A stretch of DNA of 64,000 bases from an uncultured delta proteobacterium (GCA_963816145.1 CAWFJP010000030.1:416001-480000), one strand, 5' to 3'; positions 1 to 11,045 are shown, counted from the stretch's first letter. Numbers and translations are program-made. Notes: generated by a model not told the origin, from the sequence alone.

Positions 1-157
1 GCTTGAGAATCTCCATGCCGGCCTGGCTCGCCAACTCGCTGTCCGCCACCACCAGCCCCGCACTCGCTTGCTGCGACCGAGCAGAGACATCCGCGGCAAC
101 GAAACTAACGATAAAGAGAAAACAGAAGAAAATCCTCGCCCGGAGTAAGAATCGCAT
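1..157 (-). CDS. ggt: Gamma-glutamyltransferase, N-terminal part (runs off window start)
   Basis: Manual translation from ATG at 157: MRFLLRARIFFCFLFIVSFVAADVSARSQQASAGLVVADSELASQAGMEILK. This is a signal peptide followed by the GxVxx..LASxAGxxIL motif that precedes GGNAxDAA in GGTs. Confidence 0.6.
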   Translation of the reverse strand, partial: MRFLLRARIFFCFLFIVSFVAADVSARSQQASAGLVVADSELASQAGMEILK

Positions 158-224
158 ATGAATCGGGTTTAATGCTTTGCCTGCGCGTTTGCAATCAATT
201 GCCGGGTTGATGATAAATTCCGTC

Positions 225-304
225 TCACCACGAAGGCACGAAGAGCACGAAGGTTTCGGAAAAGTAGGATTCCGAACTTCGTGTCCATCGTGCCTTCGTG
301 GTGA
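225..304. repeat. Intergenic inverted-repeat element with 9-nt periodic arms
   Basis: TCACCACGAAGGCACGA (225-241) pairs perfectly with TCGTGCCTTCGTGGTGA (288-304). CACGAAG recurs every 9 nt. Confidence 0.85.
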
Positions 305-387
305 AAACCATCTCTCCCTTGCCAATCGGCAACAGCTATTTCATATTGAATTGAACCCGCACACGTTTCGCCACTCGAAACAAAACC

Positions 388-3300
388 ATGCAAACCGTCC
401 TCGGACCATTTCATCCCGATTTGGAAAACGCCCTTGTCGACGCAATCTCGCAACATAAACAAGCCGACCTGCTCCGCCCGCTGTTGATCCTGGTGCCGTC
501 CGATCTCATCCGCCGGCGCTTGAAGATTCTCCTGGCCCAAGAGCGCGGCTTGGCGCTGCTCAATGTCCAGCTGCTAACCTTTCACCAATTGTCGTTGCGC
601 CTGAATGGCGAATGCGGCAGCGCGCCGACGGAGTTGCATAGCGACCTGTTTCTCGAAGAAGCGCTGCGTCAAATTATCCGAACCGGCAAGCCCGGTGCCC
701 AGCCCTTTGCCGGCGTCGAGGATCGCGCCGGCGGTTGCGCCGCATTGTGGCAGACCCTGCGCGACCTGCGCGACGGATTGGTCGATCCAGAGCTAGCGCT
801 TACCGCGCTCGGCGAGGGCCATTTCACCGAGCGTACCGGCGTGCGCACGGCGCAGTTGCTAGAGCTATTGCAAACGTTGCAAACCTTCTGCGACGAGCAA
901 GACATCAAAGATCTCGCCGATCTCGATCGCCGCGCCACCGAACAGGCGCCGTCGTCGCCCTTCCTCCAACAGTTCAAAGAAATTTTTTACTATGGCTTTT
1001 ACGATCTGACGCAGATTCAATTGGACTTTTTCCGCGCGGTAGCTAGCCACTATCCAACCAGGTTGTTCTTTCCGCTGCTCACCGCCATACCCGGCCATGA
1101 CGCTTGGAATTTCGCCGCGCGCTTCTACGAGCGCTATGTCCAGGGACGTGCGGCGGAATTGGCCGGCGAATCAGACTCGCCTCACGCGCTGCCCGCCAAC
1201 GCCCGGCTGTTCGACGGCGACAAAGGCCGAAGCTACGCGAAACCCGACAAGCAGTGGCAGTGCAAGATCGTCAACACCTTCGGCATCGAGGATGAAGTCG
1301 CCACCGCGGCCAAAGAGATCGTGCGGCTCATCGACGACGGCAAGTTGGCGTTTAACGAGATCGGCGTGGTCGCGCGCGGTTTGGAATCCTACGGCACGGT
1401 GATCCGGGACCGCTTTGCCCAACATCGCATCCCGCTCGCCGGGCGCCTTGAAGAACCGCTGGTGCTGTTTCCTTTGACCAAGTCGGTCATTCTGCTGCTC
1501 AATCTGCCGGCCAAAGATTTCCTGCGCAGCCAGGTTATCGACCTGCTGTCATCGCCCTATTTCCAATTACCAAAACTCGCCGCCGAACCCACTAATGCCC
1601 GCCCCGATCTCTGGGACTTGGCGACCCGCGAGCTGGTGATTTGCAAAGGCGTTAGCGAATGGCGCCGGCTGCGCCGCTTCACCCAGCGCGATTTGTTGCT
1701 GCGGCAAATCTCCGACGACGACGAAGCGCGGGTGATCCAAATCACCACGGCGCAGTTGCTTTCTCTCGCTGACGTCGTCGACGCGCTGGTTGCCGATCTC
1801 GCTGGTCTACCGAACCAAGCGACATGGCAAGAATACAGCACGAGATGGAAAGCCTTGCTGGAAAAATATCTTGGCATCGCGTCTATGGACGAGACCGGAA
1901 CGGCGGCAGCGTCACCGAGCCAAGCGATCCTCGGCGTCCTGGGCGAGCTCGCCGGCCTCGATAAGATTTCTGACAAGGTTAGCCTCGGCGATTTCAGCCA
2001 CACCTTCGAGCACTGGCTCGAACGCACCACGGTGAGCGACGACCGGCGCAACCGTGACGGCGTCATGGTGCTCGGCGCCACGGCGGCGCGGGGCTTGTCG
2101 TTCCGCGCGCTGTTCGTCCTCGGCATGAACGAAGGGGTGTTTCCGCGAACTATCCGCGAGGACGCTTTTCTGCGCGACCGCGACCGCGAAGTTTTGGAAA
2201 CTGATCTAGGCTACAAGGTCAACCAGAAACTCACAGGTTACGACGAAGAAAAGCTCTTGTTCACCCTGCTCGTCGGCGCCGCCGGCGAACGGCTTTATTG
2301 CTCCTATCAGCGCGCCGATGACAACGGCCGCGCGCTGGCGCCGTCGTGGTACGTCGAGGAATTGAGACAAGCCCTCGTCGGCCAAGGCCGGCAATGTGAA
2401 ATCGTCACCATACCGCGCAGCTTGATCGAAAAATCCACGATCCCGCCCTTCGACCGCCAAGACTTGCTGCTGCCCGATGAACTCGCTATCCGCCTGACCT
2501 TGGAGAATCAAGATCCGACCTCATTGATCGAAGCCACCGGCAATCTGCCGGCGCTGTACCAGCAAGGACGCAAAATCGTCGGCGAACTCGATCGCTCGGG
2601 CGACCGTTTGTTGGGCTATGACGGATTGGTCGGCGAACTCGCCGCTTACTGGAAACATTTCGCCGAGCGCGGCTTGTCGCCCACGGCCCTGGAAACCTAC
2701 GCGCGCTGTCCGTTTCAATTCTTCGCCCGCCACGTGCTGGGGTTACAGCCGCTCGAACGGCCCGAAGAGATTCTTGGCCCTAATCCAGCGGAGTTCGGCG
2801 AGTTGGGCCATGAAATTCTCAACGGCTTCTACGCCGCTCTGATGGATGGCGGTTATTTCGCTGGCAAGGCCGCAGCCATGAATACGGAAACCACACTGTT
2901 AGCGGTCGCCAGCCGCGCCTGCGCTGAGTATGAAGCGAACAATCCGGTAGGCTATCCGCTCGCTTGGGAAACGTTGAAAGAAGGACTGATTCAACTGCTG
3001 CGCCAGGTGACCACCAAAGATCTCGAAGAACTTTCGATCTCGGGCTTTGTCCCGGTGAGTCTCGAAACCGATATGGCGCGCAGCGTACCAGATGACTGGC
3101 CCGACGGCGTCAAACGCCTCACCATCCGCGGCCGTATGGACCGCATCGATCAGAACACGCGCGACGGCAACGCGCTGCGCGTGATCGACTATAAATTTAA
3201 ATTCGGCGGCGCGCAGGCGACCCAGGACAAGAACCTTGTGCGCGCCGCCCTGCGCGGCGAGCGTTTGCAGCCGCCGTTTTATTATTTGCTCGCCGAGGCG

Positions 3301-3636
3301 TGGTCAGAACCACAGGTTGGAAAACCTGCCCCGGCCATCGAAGCCGATTTTTACTACATCGCGCCGCGCTGGTCCGACGGCCCGCTGGTCACAGAATCCT
3401 ACGATCGCGAAGGATTGAGCGGCAACCTCGGCGCCGCCACTAAAGCGACCATCGAGTATCTCGCCAATGGCGTGCACCAGGGCCGTTACTTCATCCACCG
3501 CGGCGAGCATTGCGGCCGCTGCGAGGTCGCCACCATCTGCCGCAAGAATCATCCGCCAAGCCTGTGGCGCGCTGAAAACGATCCGCTAACCGAACCGCAT
3601 TACGCTTTGCGCGCCAAAGATCCGAAAAAGCTATGA
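388..3636 (+). CDS. addB: AddB/RexB-like helicase-nuclease subunit B (PD-(D/E)XK nuclease with Fe-S staple)
   Basis: Inactive UvrD-like N-terminal region. C-terminal LSPTALETYARCPFQFF, RGRMDRID, VIDYK and CGRCEVATIC give four Fe-S cysteines. Stop overlaps the ATG of the next gene. Confidence 0.85.
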   Translation: MQTVLGPFHPDLENALVDAISQHKQADLLRPLLILVPSDLIRRRLKILLAQERGLALLNVQLLTFHQLSLRLNGECGSAPTELHSDLFLEEALRQIIRTGKPGAQPFAGVEDRAGGCAALWQTLRDLRDGLVDPELALTALGEGHFTERTGVRTAQLLELLQTLQTFCDEQDIKDLADLDRRATEQAPSSPFLQQFKEIFYYGFYDLTQIQLDFFRAVASHYPTRLFFPLLTAIPGHDAWNFAARFYERYVQGRAAELAGESDSPHALPANARLFDGDKGRSYAKPDKQWQCKIVNTFGIEDEVATAAKEIVRLIDDGKLAFNEIGVVARGLESYGTVIRDRFAQHRIPLAGRLEEPLVLFPLTKSVILLLNLPAKDFLRSQVIDLLSSPYFQLPKLAAEPTNARPDLWDLATRELVICKGVSEWRRLRRFTQRDLLLRQISDDDEARVIQITTAQLLSLADVVDALVADLAGLPNQATWQEYSTRWKALLEKYLGIASMDETGTAAASPSQAILGVLGELAGLDKISDKVSLGDFSHTFEHWLERTTVSDDRRNRDGVMVLGATAARGLSFRALFVLGMNEGVFPRTIREDAFLRDRDREVLETDLGYKVNQKLTGYDEEKLLFTLLVGAAGERLYCSYQRADDNGRALAPSWYVEELRQALVGQGRQCEIVTIPRSLIEKSTIPPFDRQDLLLPDELAIRLTLENQDPTSLIEATGNLPALYQQGRKIVGELDRSGDRLLGYDGLVGELAAYWKHFAERGLSPTALETYARCPFQFFARHVLGLQPLERPEEILGPNPAEFGELGHEILNGFYAALMDGGYFAGKAAAMNTETTLLAVASRACAEYEANNPVGYPLAWETLKEGLIQLLRQVTTKDLEELSISGFVPVSLETDMARSVPDDWPDGVKRLTIRGRMDRIDQNTRDGNALRVIDYKFKFGGAQATQDKNLVRAALRGERLQPPFYYLLAEAWSEPQVGKPAPAIEADFYYIAPRWSDGPLVTESYDREGLSGNLGAATKATIEYLANGVHQGRYFIHRGEHCGRCEVATICRKNHPPSLWRAENDPLTEPHYALRAKDPKKL

Positions 3637-6600
3637 GCGGAAATCCAGAAAAAATAGCGCTGCCTGACACCCGCGACCGCCAAATCGCGGTCGGCACCTT
3701 CGACCACAATCTAGTCGTCACCGCCGGCGCGGGCACCGGCAAGACCACCTTGCTGGTGGACCGGCTGGCGCATTTGATTTTGCGCGACCCCGAACCGGTC
3801 AAAATTACCGAGATCGTCGCCCTGACCTTTACCAACAAAGCCGCCGATGAAATGAAGTTACGCCTGCGCGAGCGTTTGCAGACTTACCTCGCCGTCGAGC
3901 TCGACCGCCAACCGGAAAGCGACGCTGAACGGAAAACCTTTCACGCTGTCGAAGAGTTGATCGCCCGCTACCGGCTCTCCAAGGATGACATGGACGGGCG
4001 CATGCGCGAGGCTCTGCGTAATCTGGAACGCAGCGACATCGGCACGATCCATAGCTTCGCGGCGAATTTACTCCGTCTCTATCCCATCGAAGCCGGCGTC
4101 GACCCGCAGTTCCGCGAGGACGAAGGCAGCGAATTCGACCGTCTGTTCGACGAACAATGGGACGCCTGGCTCGATCAGGAACTGGCGCTCGCGAGCCCGC
4201 GCGCCGAAGATTGGCGCAAAGTGCTCGCCCGCTGCCAGCTCGATCAAATCAAAGCTCTCGCTCGCTCGCTCTCGGCGGAAACCGTCGAACTCAATCAAGA
4301 GCCGGCGCAAGGGATCGCCGCGCCGCTGCGCGATTGGCTCGGTAAATTAGCCGCCCTAGCCGCCGCTTTGGACGCGCGCCATCCCGAAGACCGGATGAAT
4401 GAAAAACTCGTGCGGGCCGCCCACGCAGTGATCTACGAGTTTGAAAAATCTGGCCGACGCTCGGAAGACTTGACCGATTGCTACAAGCTCCTGGCGGAAA
4501 AGTCCGTCAGCCGCACTTTGAAAGGCTGGTCTGCCGAGGACAGCGCCGCAGCCCAAGAACTGGTGCGCGCCGCCAAAGGCTTGACCGGCGTCGACGGCGA
4601 GTTTACCGCTTTACTTTGGCGTCTGCTCACGCCCTACGCCGAAGCGTTTCGCGAGCGCTTCCTGCGCGATGGCCATATCTCTTTCGACGGCCTGCTGGTG
4701 CGCGCGCGTAACCTGGTGCGCGATCACCAGCGTGTGCGCGCCGAACTCAAGCGCCGCTACCGGACGATCTTGATCGACGAGTTTCAGGACACCGACCCGA
4801 TCCAATATGAGATTCTGCTCTACCTGGCCGAACAGCCCGACCAGAGCGTGTCGGACTGGCGCAAAATTAAATTGGCACCGGGTAAATTGTTTGTCGTCGG
4901 CGATCCGAAACAATCGATCTACGCCTTCCGCCGCGCCGACATCGAAGCCTATTTGGAAGTGGTCGAGAAGATCGTCCTGGCGCAAGACGGCATCGAATGC
5001 CGGCTGACGACAAACTTCCGCAGTGACGGCGCCATCCTCGACGTCGTCAACGGTGCCTTTGAAACATCTCATCCAAGCGCAACCAGGCTTGCAGCCACCT
5101 TACATCGCCATCGAGCCCGCGCCGGGCCGCGCCAGCATCTCAGGCTCGCTGGCAAAACTATCAGTGAGAAAAATTATCGCTCCCGACGACCAGACCGACG
5201 CCGAAACCGCTCGACGCATCGAAGGCGAAAGTTTGGCGCGCTGGTTGAAAGAATTAGTGTTGGGCAAGGCGCAAATCTTGAACGCCCGCGGCGAGACCGT
5301 CCACGCCCAACCTAAAGATATCGCCATCCTGATGCGCAAGTTGACCGACATCCACGATTACTTGGAGCCGTTTCGCCGCCAGGGTATCCGCTACGTCGTC
5401 GAAGGCGAACGCCATTTCTACGCCGCCAAAGAAATTATCGACGCGGTTAACTTACTACGTGCGGTGGAGAACCCCTACGACCGCCTGGCTCTGGTAGGCG
5501 TACTGCGTTCGCCTCTGGGTGGCCTCACCGATCTACAGATTTACCAGCTACACCGGCAAAATCGGCTCGACTATCGCGACAGTGCTAAGCTCGGCAGTGA
5601 AGGACTTTCCGGCAACGCTGACGCAGCTCTATCAGGCGCTGACCCAACTCAATGTCGAAACCAGAACACTGCCCATCGGCGCCGCCGTCGATCGCATATT
5701 TTCAACTTTGCCCGTGGAGCTGCTCGCCGCCTGTCATTTCCACGGCGAGCAGGCGGTGGCCAATTTGGCCAAGCTGCGCCAGCAGGCCGAACAACTCGGC
5801 CGCGAGGGATTAACCACGCTCAAGGCTGCGATCCGCCAGCTCGAACAGCGCGTCCTCGACGTCAAAGACGAAGGCGAAAGTGTGCTCGCCGAAGAAAACT
5901 TGGACGCCGTGCGCATCATGAGCATCCACAAGGCAAAAGGGTTGGAATTTTCCATCGTCATCCTCGCCGGCTGCCAGACCGGCACCGAAGGACGCCACAG
6001 CGCCGAAGCTGAGTCCACTTTCGACTGGTCGACCGGACTCACCGGCACCCGCGTCGGCCAGGCCGCCGATCTCGCCGGCCTCTACATCGCCGAGAAGAAT
6101 CGCTTGCGCAACCTTGAAGAACAAAAACGGCTGCTCTACGTCGCCATGACCCGCGCGCGCGAGCATCTGGTTCTCTCTTGCGCGCCCGCCAACCGGCGCT
6201 CCGGCGGCAGCTTTCAAGCGATGCTCGACACGACGCTAGGCAACAGCATCGCCGGCGCGGAATCCTCCACCCGCGTCGCCCTTGGCAAAGGCATGGTCAA
6301 GATCGAAGTCGTCCATCAAAGTCTCAGCGCGCCCAGCCATGCGCCGGCCAAAGCCAAACGCCCGAAGAAAAAGCCCAACTGGAAACCCTATATAGAAAAG
6401 TGGGCGCGCCGGACGGAAATTTTTGACAAGGCGCAACAGACCACGCCGTTTCTCACGCCGACGCTGCTCAAACGCCAGGAAGACGCGAGCAGCGAAGCTG
6501 GTGATAAGCTCAACATCCAAGCCGCCGCGCAACACTCCGGCGCTAGTGGTCGGCGATCTGACGCACCGATTTTTGCAGTCATGGCAGTTTGACGGCGAGA

Positions 6601-7052
6601 CATCGAATCTCAATGAGCAATTGCGCAGTTTCATCGACGGTGCTTTGCCGGCGGAATTCGTTTCAGAGCGTAGCGAGATCGTAACCGAGCTGCACGAGAT
6701 ATTGGAAAATTTTTTCCACTCGAAGGCCTACGCCGAACTCGTTGGGGCCAAGATCCTCGGCCGCGAAGTGCCGCTGCTGATGCCGTGGCAGGATCAGATC
6801 ATGGAAGGCGTCATCGATTTGATCTACGAGAAAGACGGCTTGCTTTACCTGGCCGACTATAAGACAGATAGAATTAAACGCAGCGAATTGCGCGCCGGCG
6901 CCGAGCGCTATTGTCAGCAGGCGGAGATTTATATCGAGGCGGTGAGAAAAAGTTTGGGCCGCCAAGTAGCCGCGTTCAAGCTAATTTTTCTCCGCGTGGG
7001 CGAAGCGATTGAAGTCGGAACCAAGTCGAACGCAGAATTGACGCTGTTTTAG
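3633..7052 (+). CDS. addA: AddA/RexA-like UvrD helicase-nuclease subunit A, split by three frameshifts (near 5065, 5595, 6520)
   Basis: Walker A AGAGTGKT, DEFQDT, VGDPKQSIYAFR and LTTNFRS in 3633-5315. DIAILMRK in 5023-6012. MSIHKAKGLEF and LLYVAMTRAR in 5519-6592. GVIDLI and LADYKT nuclease motifs in 6423-7052. Confidence 0.85.
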
Positions 7053-7084
7053 CTATCGGCCGCCAACCACAGGATAGAGCAAAA

Positions 7085-7675
7085 ATGAAAATTTTTTTCT
7101 TCGACATCGAAACCGTTCCCACCGACAAGTCCTTAGAGGACAACGGCCTGCTCGAACCGCAGATCAAACTCGACGAGGCCGAGATCATCAAGAAATTAAG
7201 CCTGTCGGCCGCCACGGCGAAAATCATTTGCCTGTGTTACGCCATCGAGCCATCGGTCAGCGGCACCGTCGAAGTCTTGAAGGGCGAAGAGACCGACATC
7301 ATCAAAAATTTTTGGAAGATCGTCCCCGACTGCAATCTTTTCGTCGGCCATAACATTTTGGACTTTGACCTGCGCTTCATCTACCAGCGCTCGGTGATCC
7401 ATCAAATCAAACCCAGCCGCGACATCCCCTTCACCCGCTTCCGCAACGCGCCGATCTACGACACCATGCACGAGTGGAGCAAATGGGGCCGCGAACACGC
7501 CAGCCTCGACTCATTGTCGAAGGCCCTCGGCATCCCCTCGCCGAAGGAGAATCTCGACGGCTCGAAAGTCTACCCCTACTACCGCGCCGGCAAACTCCCC
7601 GAGATCATCGAATACTGCAAACGCGACGTCGAGTCGGTGCGCGCGGTTTATAAGCGGCTGACGTTTACGAAATAG
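7085..7675 (+). CDS. PolB-related 3'-5' exonuclease (RNase H-like, DEDDy)
   Basis: ExoI FFDIETVP, ExoII GHNILDFD and ExoIII YCKRDV motifs. Confidence 0.8.
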   Translation: MKIFFFDIETVPTDKSLEDNGLLEPQIKLDEAEIIKKLSLSAATAKIICLCYAIEPSVSGTVEVLKGEETDIIKNFWKIVPDCNLFVGHNILDFDLRFIYQRSVIHQIKPSRDIPFTRFRNAPIYDTMHEWSKWGREHASLDSLSKALGIPSPKENLDGSKVYPYYRAGKLPEIIEYCKRDVESVRAVYKRLTFTK

Positions 7676-7688
7676 TGCCCGGTCCGTT

Positions 7689-7711
7689 GTAGGGGCAAGC
7701 GGCGCTCGCCC
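7689..7711 (+). repeat. GTAG-type REP-like hairpin
   Basis: GTAG followed by the imperfect stem GGGCAAGC-GGC-GCTCGCCC, just downstream of a stop codon. Confidence 0.5.
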
Positions 7712-7732
7712 GTCCGATAGAAAGACTCTTGT

Positions 7733-7812
7733 AACCACGGAGGGCACCGACATCACAGAGGGGACGATTCGGATTCGGAATGTTAACCGAAAAGAACGCA
7801 TAGAGCGCAAAG
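7733..7812. repeat. Two half copies of periodic intergenic repeat elements
   Basis: AACCACGGAGGGCACCGACATCACAGAG and AACCGAAAAGAACGCATAGAGCGCAAAG share the 9-nt periodic style of 225-304. Confidence 0.45.
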
Positions 7813-7838
7813 TTAATCTCAAGACGGATTTCGATTCG

Positions 7839-7881
7839 GTACCTTGAAAATCCCGCAGTTAGTGCGGGATTTTCAAGGTAC
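7839..7881. repeat. Perfect 19-bp palindromic hairpin (5-nt loop), possible terminator or repeat element
   Basis: GTACCTTGAAAATCCCGCA-GTTAG-TGCGGGATTTTCAAGGTAC, with no flanking U-tract. Confidence 0.8.
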
Positions 7882-8126
7882 GGCCGGCAAACCTAAACAC
7901 TGCTAATTCGCCGAGCCAAAGAGGCAAACCCGATCGTCTAACACTAACTCAAGGCGAGCAGCACCACCGGAAGCGACCGCCCATGTCGTTTGACTCCCTA
8001 TCTCTCAGACTATAAATTGAGCGAATAAATCCACCGGTCTTCGGCAGTTTCGTCGTTAGCCGAGTCCGCAGATTCAGATCGCAAACGTAACCGATCAATT
8101 CAAAGTCAGATTTCTTAGGAGGCATT

Positions 8127-9323
8127 ATGGATCATCCCACCGAGTCGACATTCAATGAACCGACAGACAAAAAGACCAGGGCTGGCCTTGGCAAATTTCT
8201 CCGGCCCAATACACCCTACGACGACTTCATGGAAGCGCAGGGCATCCCGATCTTTCGCGATATCGGCGTGCGCCGGGTGCAGGACTTGCCGCGCAAGCCG
8301 TGGAAACGCATGGGCGGCAACGGCACGTTCATTCAGCTGCTCGGTACCGAGGGGCTGTGGGGCTGCTACGTCGTCGAGGTTCCCGGCGCCGGCGCGTTGA
8401 ATCCCGAGAAGCACCTCTACGAAGAGCAATATCTGGTCGTCGACGGCCGCGGCACCACCGAAGTCTGGGTCGATGGTAATCCCAAGAAGTTGACCTTCGA
8501 ATGGCAAAAGGGTTCGATCTTTGCGATTCCGATGAATGCGACCCATCGCATCGTCAATGCGACTTCGAGCCCGGCGCTGCTGCTCGCCGGCACCACGGCA
8601 CCTAACATCATGAACAACTTCGGCAACGAAGATTTCATATTCAACTGCCCCTATCAGTTCAAAGACCGTTTCGATCCTAGCGACGACTATTTCAAATACA
8701 AAGAGGATGTCACACCGGATCCGGTGCGCGGCCTGGCCATGCGCATGACCAACATTATCCCGGACGTGATGGGCTGCGAACTGCCGATGGACAACCGCCG
8801 CTCGCCGGGCTATCGGCGTATCGAACCGCATATGGCCGGGCAGCATTTTTACTATTGGATCGGCCAGCATGAAACCGGCCGCTATTCGAAGGCCCACGCT
8901 CACGGCTCGGCCGCCGTGCTGATCTGTCTTAGCGGCAAAGGCTACACTTATACCTGGCCGTCGAAGTTGGGCACCAAACCCTGGGAGGCCGGCACTACTG
9001 AAGAAATCCGCCGCCAGGACTACGAGCCGGTCGGTATGGTCAGCGCCGCGCCCATGAGCGGCAACTGGTTCCACGCCCATTTCGGCGCCAGCAAAGAACC
9101 TCTGCGTCTCACCGCGTGGTTTGGCCCCAACGCGCCGGGCCGCGAACGCGGCCGACCGGGCGAAAAAGCGATCGATTACGGCGCCATCGATATGAAAGAT
9201 GGCGGCACGGCGATCCCCTACAACGAAGAAGATCCGTACTTGCGTAAAGAGTTCGAGGAAACCCTCGAGAAGGTCGGCGCCAAGTCGCGCATGGAACCGG
9301 ACCTCTACAAGAACTCCTACTAA
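8127..9323 (+). CDS. Bicupin protein (gentisate-dioxygenase-like fold), EutA-associated
   Basis: Cupin motifs EKHLYEEQYLVVDGRG / FAIPMNATHRIVN and KAHAHGSAAVLICLSGKG / NWFHAHFG. RBS AGGAGG upstream. Confidence 0.75.
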   Translation: MDHPTESTFNEPTDKKTRAGLGKFLRPNTPYDDFMEAQGIPIFRDIGVRRVQDLPRKPWKRMGGNGTFIQLLGTEGLWGCYVVEVPGAGALNPEKHLYEEQYLVVDGRGTTEVWVDGNPKKLTFEWQKGSIFAIPMNATHRIVNATSSPALLLAGTTAPNIMNNFGNEDFIFNCPYQFKDRFDPSDDYFKYKEDVTPDPVRGLAMRMTNIIPDVMGCELPMDNRRSPGYRRIEPHMAGQHFYYWIGQHETGRYSKAHAHGSAAVLICLSGKGYTYTWPSKLGTKPWEAGTTEEIRRQDYEPVGMVSAAPMSGNWFHAHFGASKEPLRLTAWFGPNAPGRERGRPGEKAIDYGAIDMKDGGTAIPYNEEDPYLRKEFEETLEKVGAKSRMEPDLYKNSY

Positions 9324-9326
9324 TCA

Positions 9327-9390
9327 GGTTTCGGGTTTGCGGTTTCGAGTTTCGGGTTAACACGACACCCGGGACTCGAGACCCGTAACC
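9327..9390. repeat. 7-nt periodic inverted repeat element
   Basis: GGTTTCG/GTTTCGA/GTTTCGG units followed by complementary ACCCGGG/ACTCGAG/ACCCGTA units, between the cupin gene and eutA. Confidence 0.65.
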
Positions 9391-9443
9391 GTTCTCACTC
9401 CCAAACACTTTCCAAGATTGACTGAGATTTGTCAGGAAAAATT

Positions 9444-10928
9444 ATGGCCACCGCACCTAGAGGTTCGTTTTCCAATGCCAACCGCCACATGCAGGAGGAA
9501 GAAAACCTTCAGCTCACGAGTGTCGGCGTCGATATCGGCTCGTCGACTTCACACTTAGTTTTCTCCCGGCTGGAATTGACCCTCGAGGGATCGCGCTACA
9601 GGGTGACCAAGCGCGAAGTGATCAACGAATCGCAGATTTTGCTGACGCCCTACGTCGACGACACTAGGATCGATGTCGAGGCTCTAGGAAAATTCATCAA
9701 CGACCAATACAAGATCGCCAAAATTGACCGCGAACACGTCGACACCGGCGCGTTGATCCTCACCGGCGTCGCCGTGCGCCGGCGCAACGCCCGGGCAATT
9801 GGCGAACTATTCGCCCAGGAAGCCGGTAAATTTGTCGCGGTCAGCGCCGGGGACGGCCTCGAAGCGACCATGGCCGCCCATGGTTCGGGGGCCGTGGCGC
9901 ACTCGGCTAAAATGGGCGGCGTGGTTTTGAACATCGACATTGGCGGCGGCACCAGTAAGTTCGCCGTCTGCAACAATGGCAAGGTTCAGGAAGTCACGGC
10001 CATCGATGTCGGCGCGCGGTTGCTCGCGTTCGACCAGGACGGCGCGGTGGTGCGCATCGAGGAAGCCGCGCGCAAGCACGCCGGCTGGGCCGGCTTCTCT
10101 GTGGAAATGGGTCAGAAGATCTCGGACGAGAATCTGCGCAAAATGGTTTCCGGCATGATGGACAAGCTATTCGCCATGTTGAAACCGGAATCGGTGAATG
10201 ACGACATCAGATCGCTGCTGCGCCTGCCCCCGCTTACGTACACAGGTGAAATTGATTGCGTGATGTTTTCCGGCGGTGTGTCGGAGTTTATTTACAATCG
10301 CGCCAAGACCAGCTTCGGCGACCTAGGGCCGCTCATCGCCGACGAAGTGCACAAGCGTGCCGGCAGCCTGGGCCTTTTGATGATGGAGCCCAACGCGCGC
10401 ATCCGCGCCACGGTCATCGGCGCCTCGCAATATACCGTGCAGGTAAGCGGCAATACCATTTTCATCTCGCCGGACGACGCCGTTCCGGTGCGCAACATCG
10501 CGGTGGTCGCGCCGGAGTTTCCGCTCGGTCAAGATGAATTCACCAAGGATACGGTCCGTGATGCGCTGCTCAGCGCGCTGCGCCGTCTCGACCTGCTGCA
10601 CGGCCGCCAACCGGTCGCCGTGGCCTTTCACTGGGACGGCTCGGCGACCTTCGCGCGCCTGCAAGCGTTTTGCAGCGGCGTCGCCGAAGGGCTCAAAGAT
10701 ATTCTCGCCAAAGGTCATCCCTTGGTCTTGGTCAACGACGGCGACATCGGCGGCATCATCGGCCTGCACTGCCAGGAAGAACTGAAGTTGCAAAGTGCCA
10801 TCATCTCCATCGACGGCATCGCGCTCAGCGATTTCGATTTCATCGATGCCGGGGCCTTGATTCCGTCTTCCGGCGCCGTCCCGGTTGTTATCAAGTCGCT
10901 AATCTTCCCTGCTTCCCCGGAGAATTAA
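9444..10928 (+). CDS. eutA: EutA-family ASKHA ATPase (ethanolamine ammonia-lyase reactivase-like)
   Basis: SVGVDIGSSTSHLVFSRL, TGALILTG, GKFVAVSAGDGLE..MAAHGSGA, NIDIGGGTSK, IRATVIGASQYT, IDGI and C-terminal VPVVIKSLIF. Confidence 0.85.
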   Translation: MATAPRGSFSNANRHMQEEENLQLTSVGVDIGSSTSHLVFSRLELTLEGSRYRVTKREVINESQILLTPYVDDTRIDVEALGKFINDQYKIAKIDREHVDTGALILTGVAVRRRNARAIGELFAQEAGKFVAVSAGDGLEATMAAHGSGAVAHSAKMGGVVLNIDIGGGTSKFAVCNNGKVQEVTAIDVGARLLAFDQDGAVVRIEEAARKHAGWAGFSVEMGQKISDENLRKMVSGMMDKLFAMLKPESVNDDIRSLLRLPPLTYTGEIDCVMFSGGVSEFIYNRAKTSFGDLGPLIADEVHKRAGSLGLLMMEPNARIRATVIGASQYTVQVSGNTIFISPDDAVPVRNIAVVAPEFPLGQDEFTKDTVRDALLSALRRLDLLHGRQPVAVAFHWDGSATFARLQAFCSGVAEGLKDILAKGHPLVLVNDGDIGGIIGLHCQEELKLQSAIISIDGIALSDFDFIDAGALIPSSGAVPVVIKSLIFPASPEN

Positions 10929-11045
10929 ACGTGAGCTAAACGAGTTGATCTCGAAGCACGAACCCCAATAGCGCCCGGTAACAAGGGGACATGCGGCCCT
11001 CGCGCTAGCCATCAATCAGCACTGCTATCGAATGTTTTAAGTGAT

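Noticed and set aside
5023-6592. Programmed frameshifting in addA
   Set aside because: No slippery heptamer or stimulatory structure was seen, and similar indels are scattered across the window.
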